Source: Elusimicrobiota bacterium
Lineage (GTDB): Bacteria > Elusimicrobiota > Elusimicrobia > UBA1565
Reading direction: 5' to 3'
Assembly: GCA_016196755.1 (NCBI GenBank)
Contig: JACPXC010000023.1
Span: forward strand, 33,363 to 97,362
Length of the DNA: 64,000 bases
Of this stretch, positions 63,915 to 64,000 are shown one piece after another. The number at the start of each line of letters is the position of its first letter. Position 1 is the first letter of the stretch. A program made the translations under genes and the position numbers. Below the pieces are notes generated by a model. That model had not been told where the DNA came from. It saw nothing but the letters and a program-made list of their open reading frames with translations, and did no database searches.

Positions 63915-64000
63915 TGAGCGTCGCGGCTTGGCTTACCGGGGCGGGCGCCGCGCTGGCGGCCGGCGCGGCGGGGGTCTGGTGGACCCGGTTCGCGCGTCTG
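63911..64000 (+). CDS. Start of a membrane-anchored protein (truncated by window edge)
   Basis: ATG overlaps upstream stop; hydrophobic N-terminus MMSVAAWLTGAGAALAAGAAGVWW. Confidence 0.55.
   Translation, partial: MMSVAAWLTGAGAALAAGAAGVWWTRFARL

Overview
GC-rich bacterial chromosome segment. The gene style suggests Elusimicrobiota, but this is inference only. (1) 1-10.5 kb: a sugar-modification cluster with 6 glycosyltransferases, a PIG-L deacetylase, a methyltransferase, a DegT aminotransferase and a B12-radical SAM enzyme. It also holds RiPP parts: a PqqD/RRE protein, an HPr-kinase-like protein and a 37-aa ORF with a lasso-type WxxPxL leader but almost no core. Two of its GT4 enzymes look circularly permuted. 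(2) 10.6-26 kb: a minor-pilin trio including an 868-aa pilin, membrane/sulfatase/TPR genes, CBS, a broken HEAT gene and an HD-GYP-like gene. (3) 26-43 kb: mostly housekeeping genes (nrdJ, rplU-rpmA-obgE, hpnC/D-like, dcd, rplM-rpsI, asnB, PiT/DUF47, 5'-nucleotidase, acid phosphatase, yefM-yoeB). obgE has no canonical start codon. (4) 43-59.6 kb: a sugar-phosphate-utilising (DeoC/RpiB) bacterial microcompartment operon split by a ~9.7-kb lower-GC island. The island carries decayed tRNA-like sequence, a perfect 111-bp inverted repeat and a coupled operon of secreted fibre-like proteins with peptidase-S74-like tails and a duplicated two-gene module. (5) 59.7-64 kb: pilT followed by a DnaA-ATPase-domain protein. 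A ~51-bp repeat element sits in frame inside two unrelated genes.
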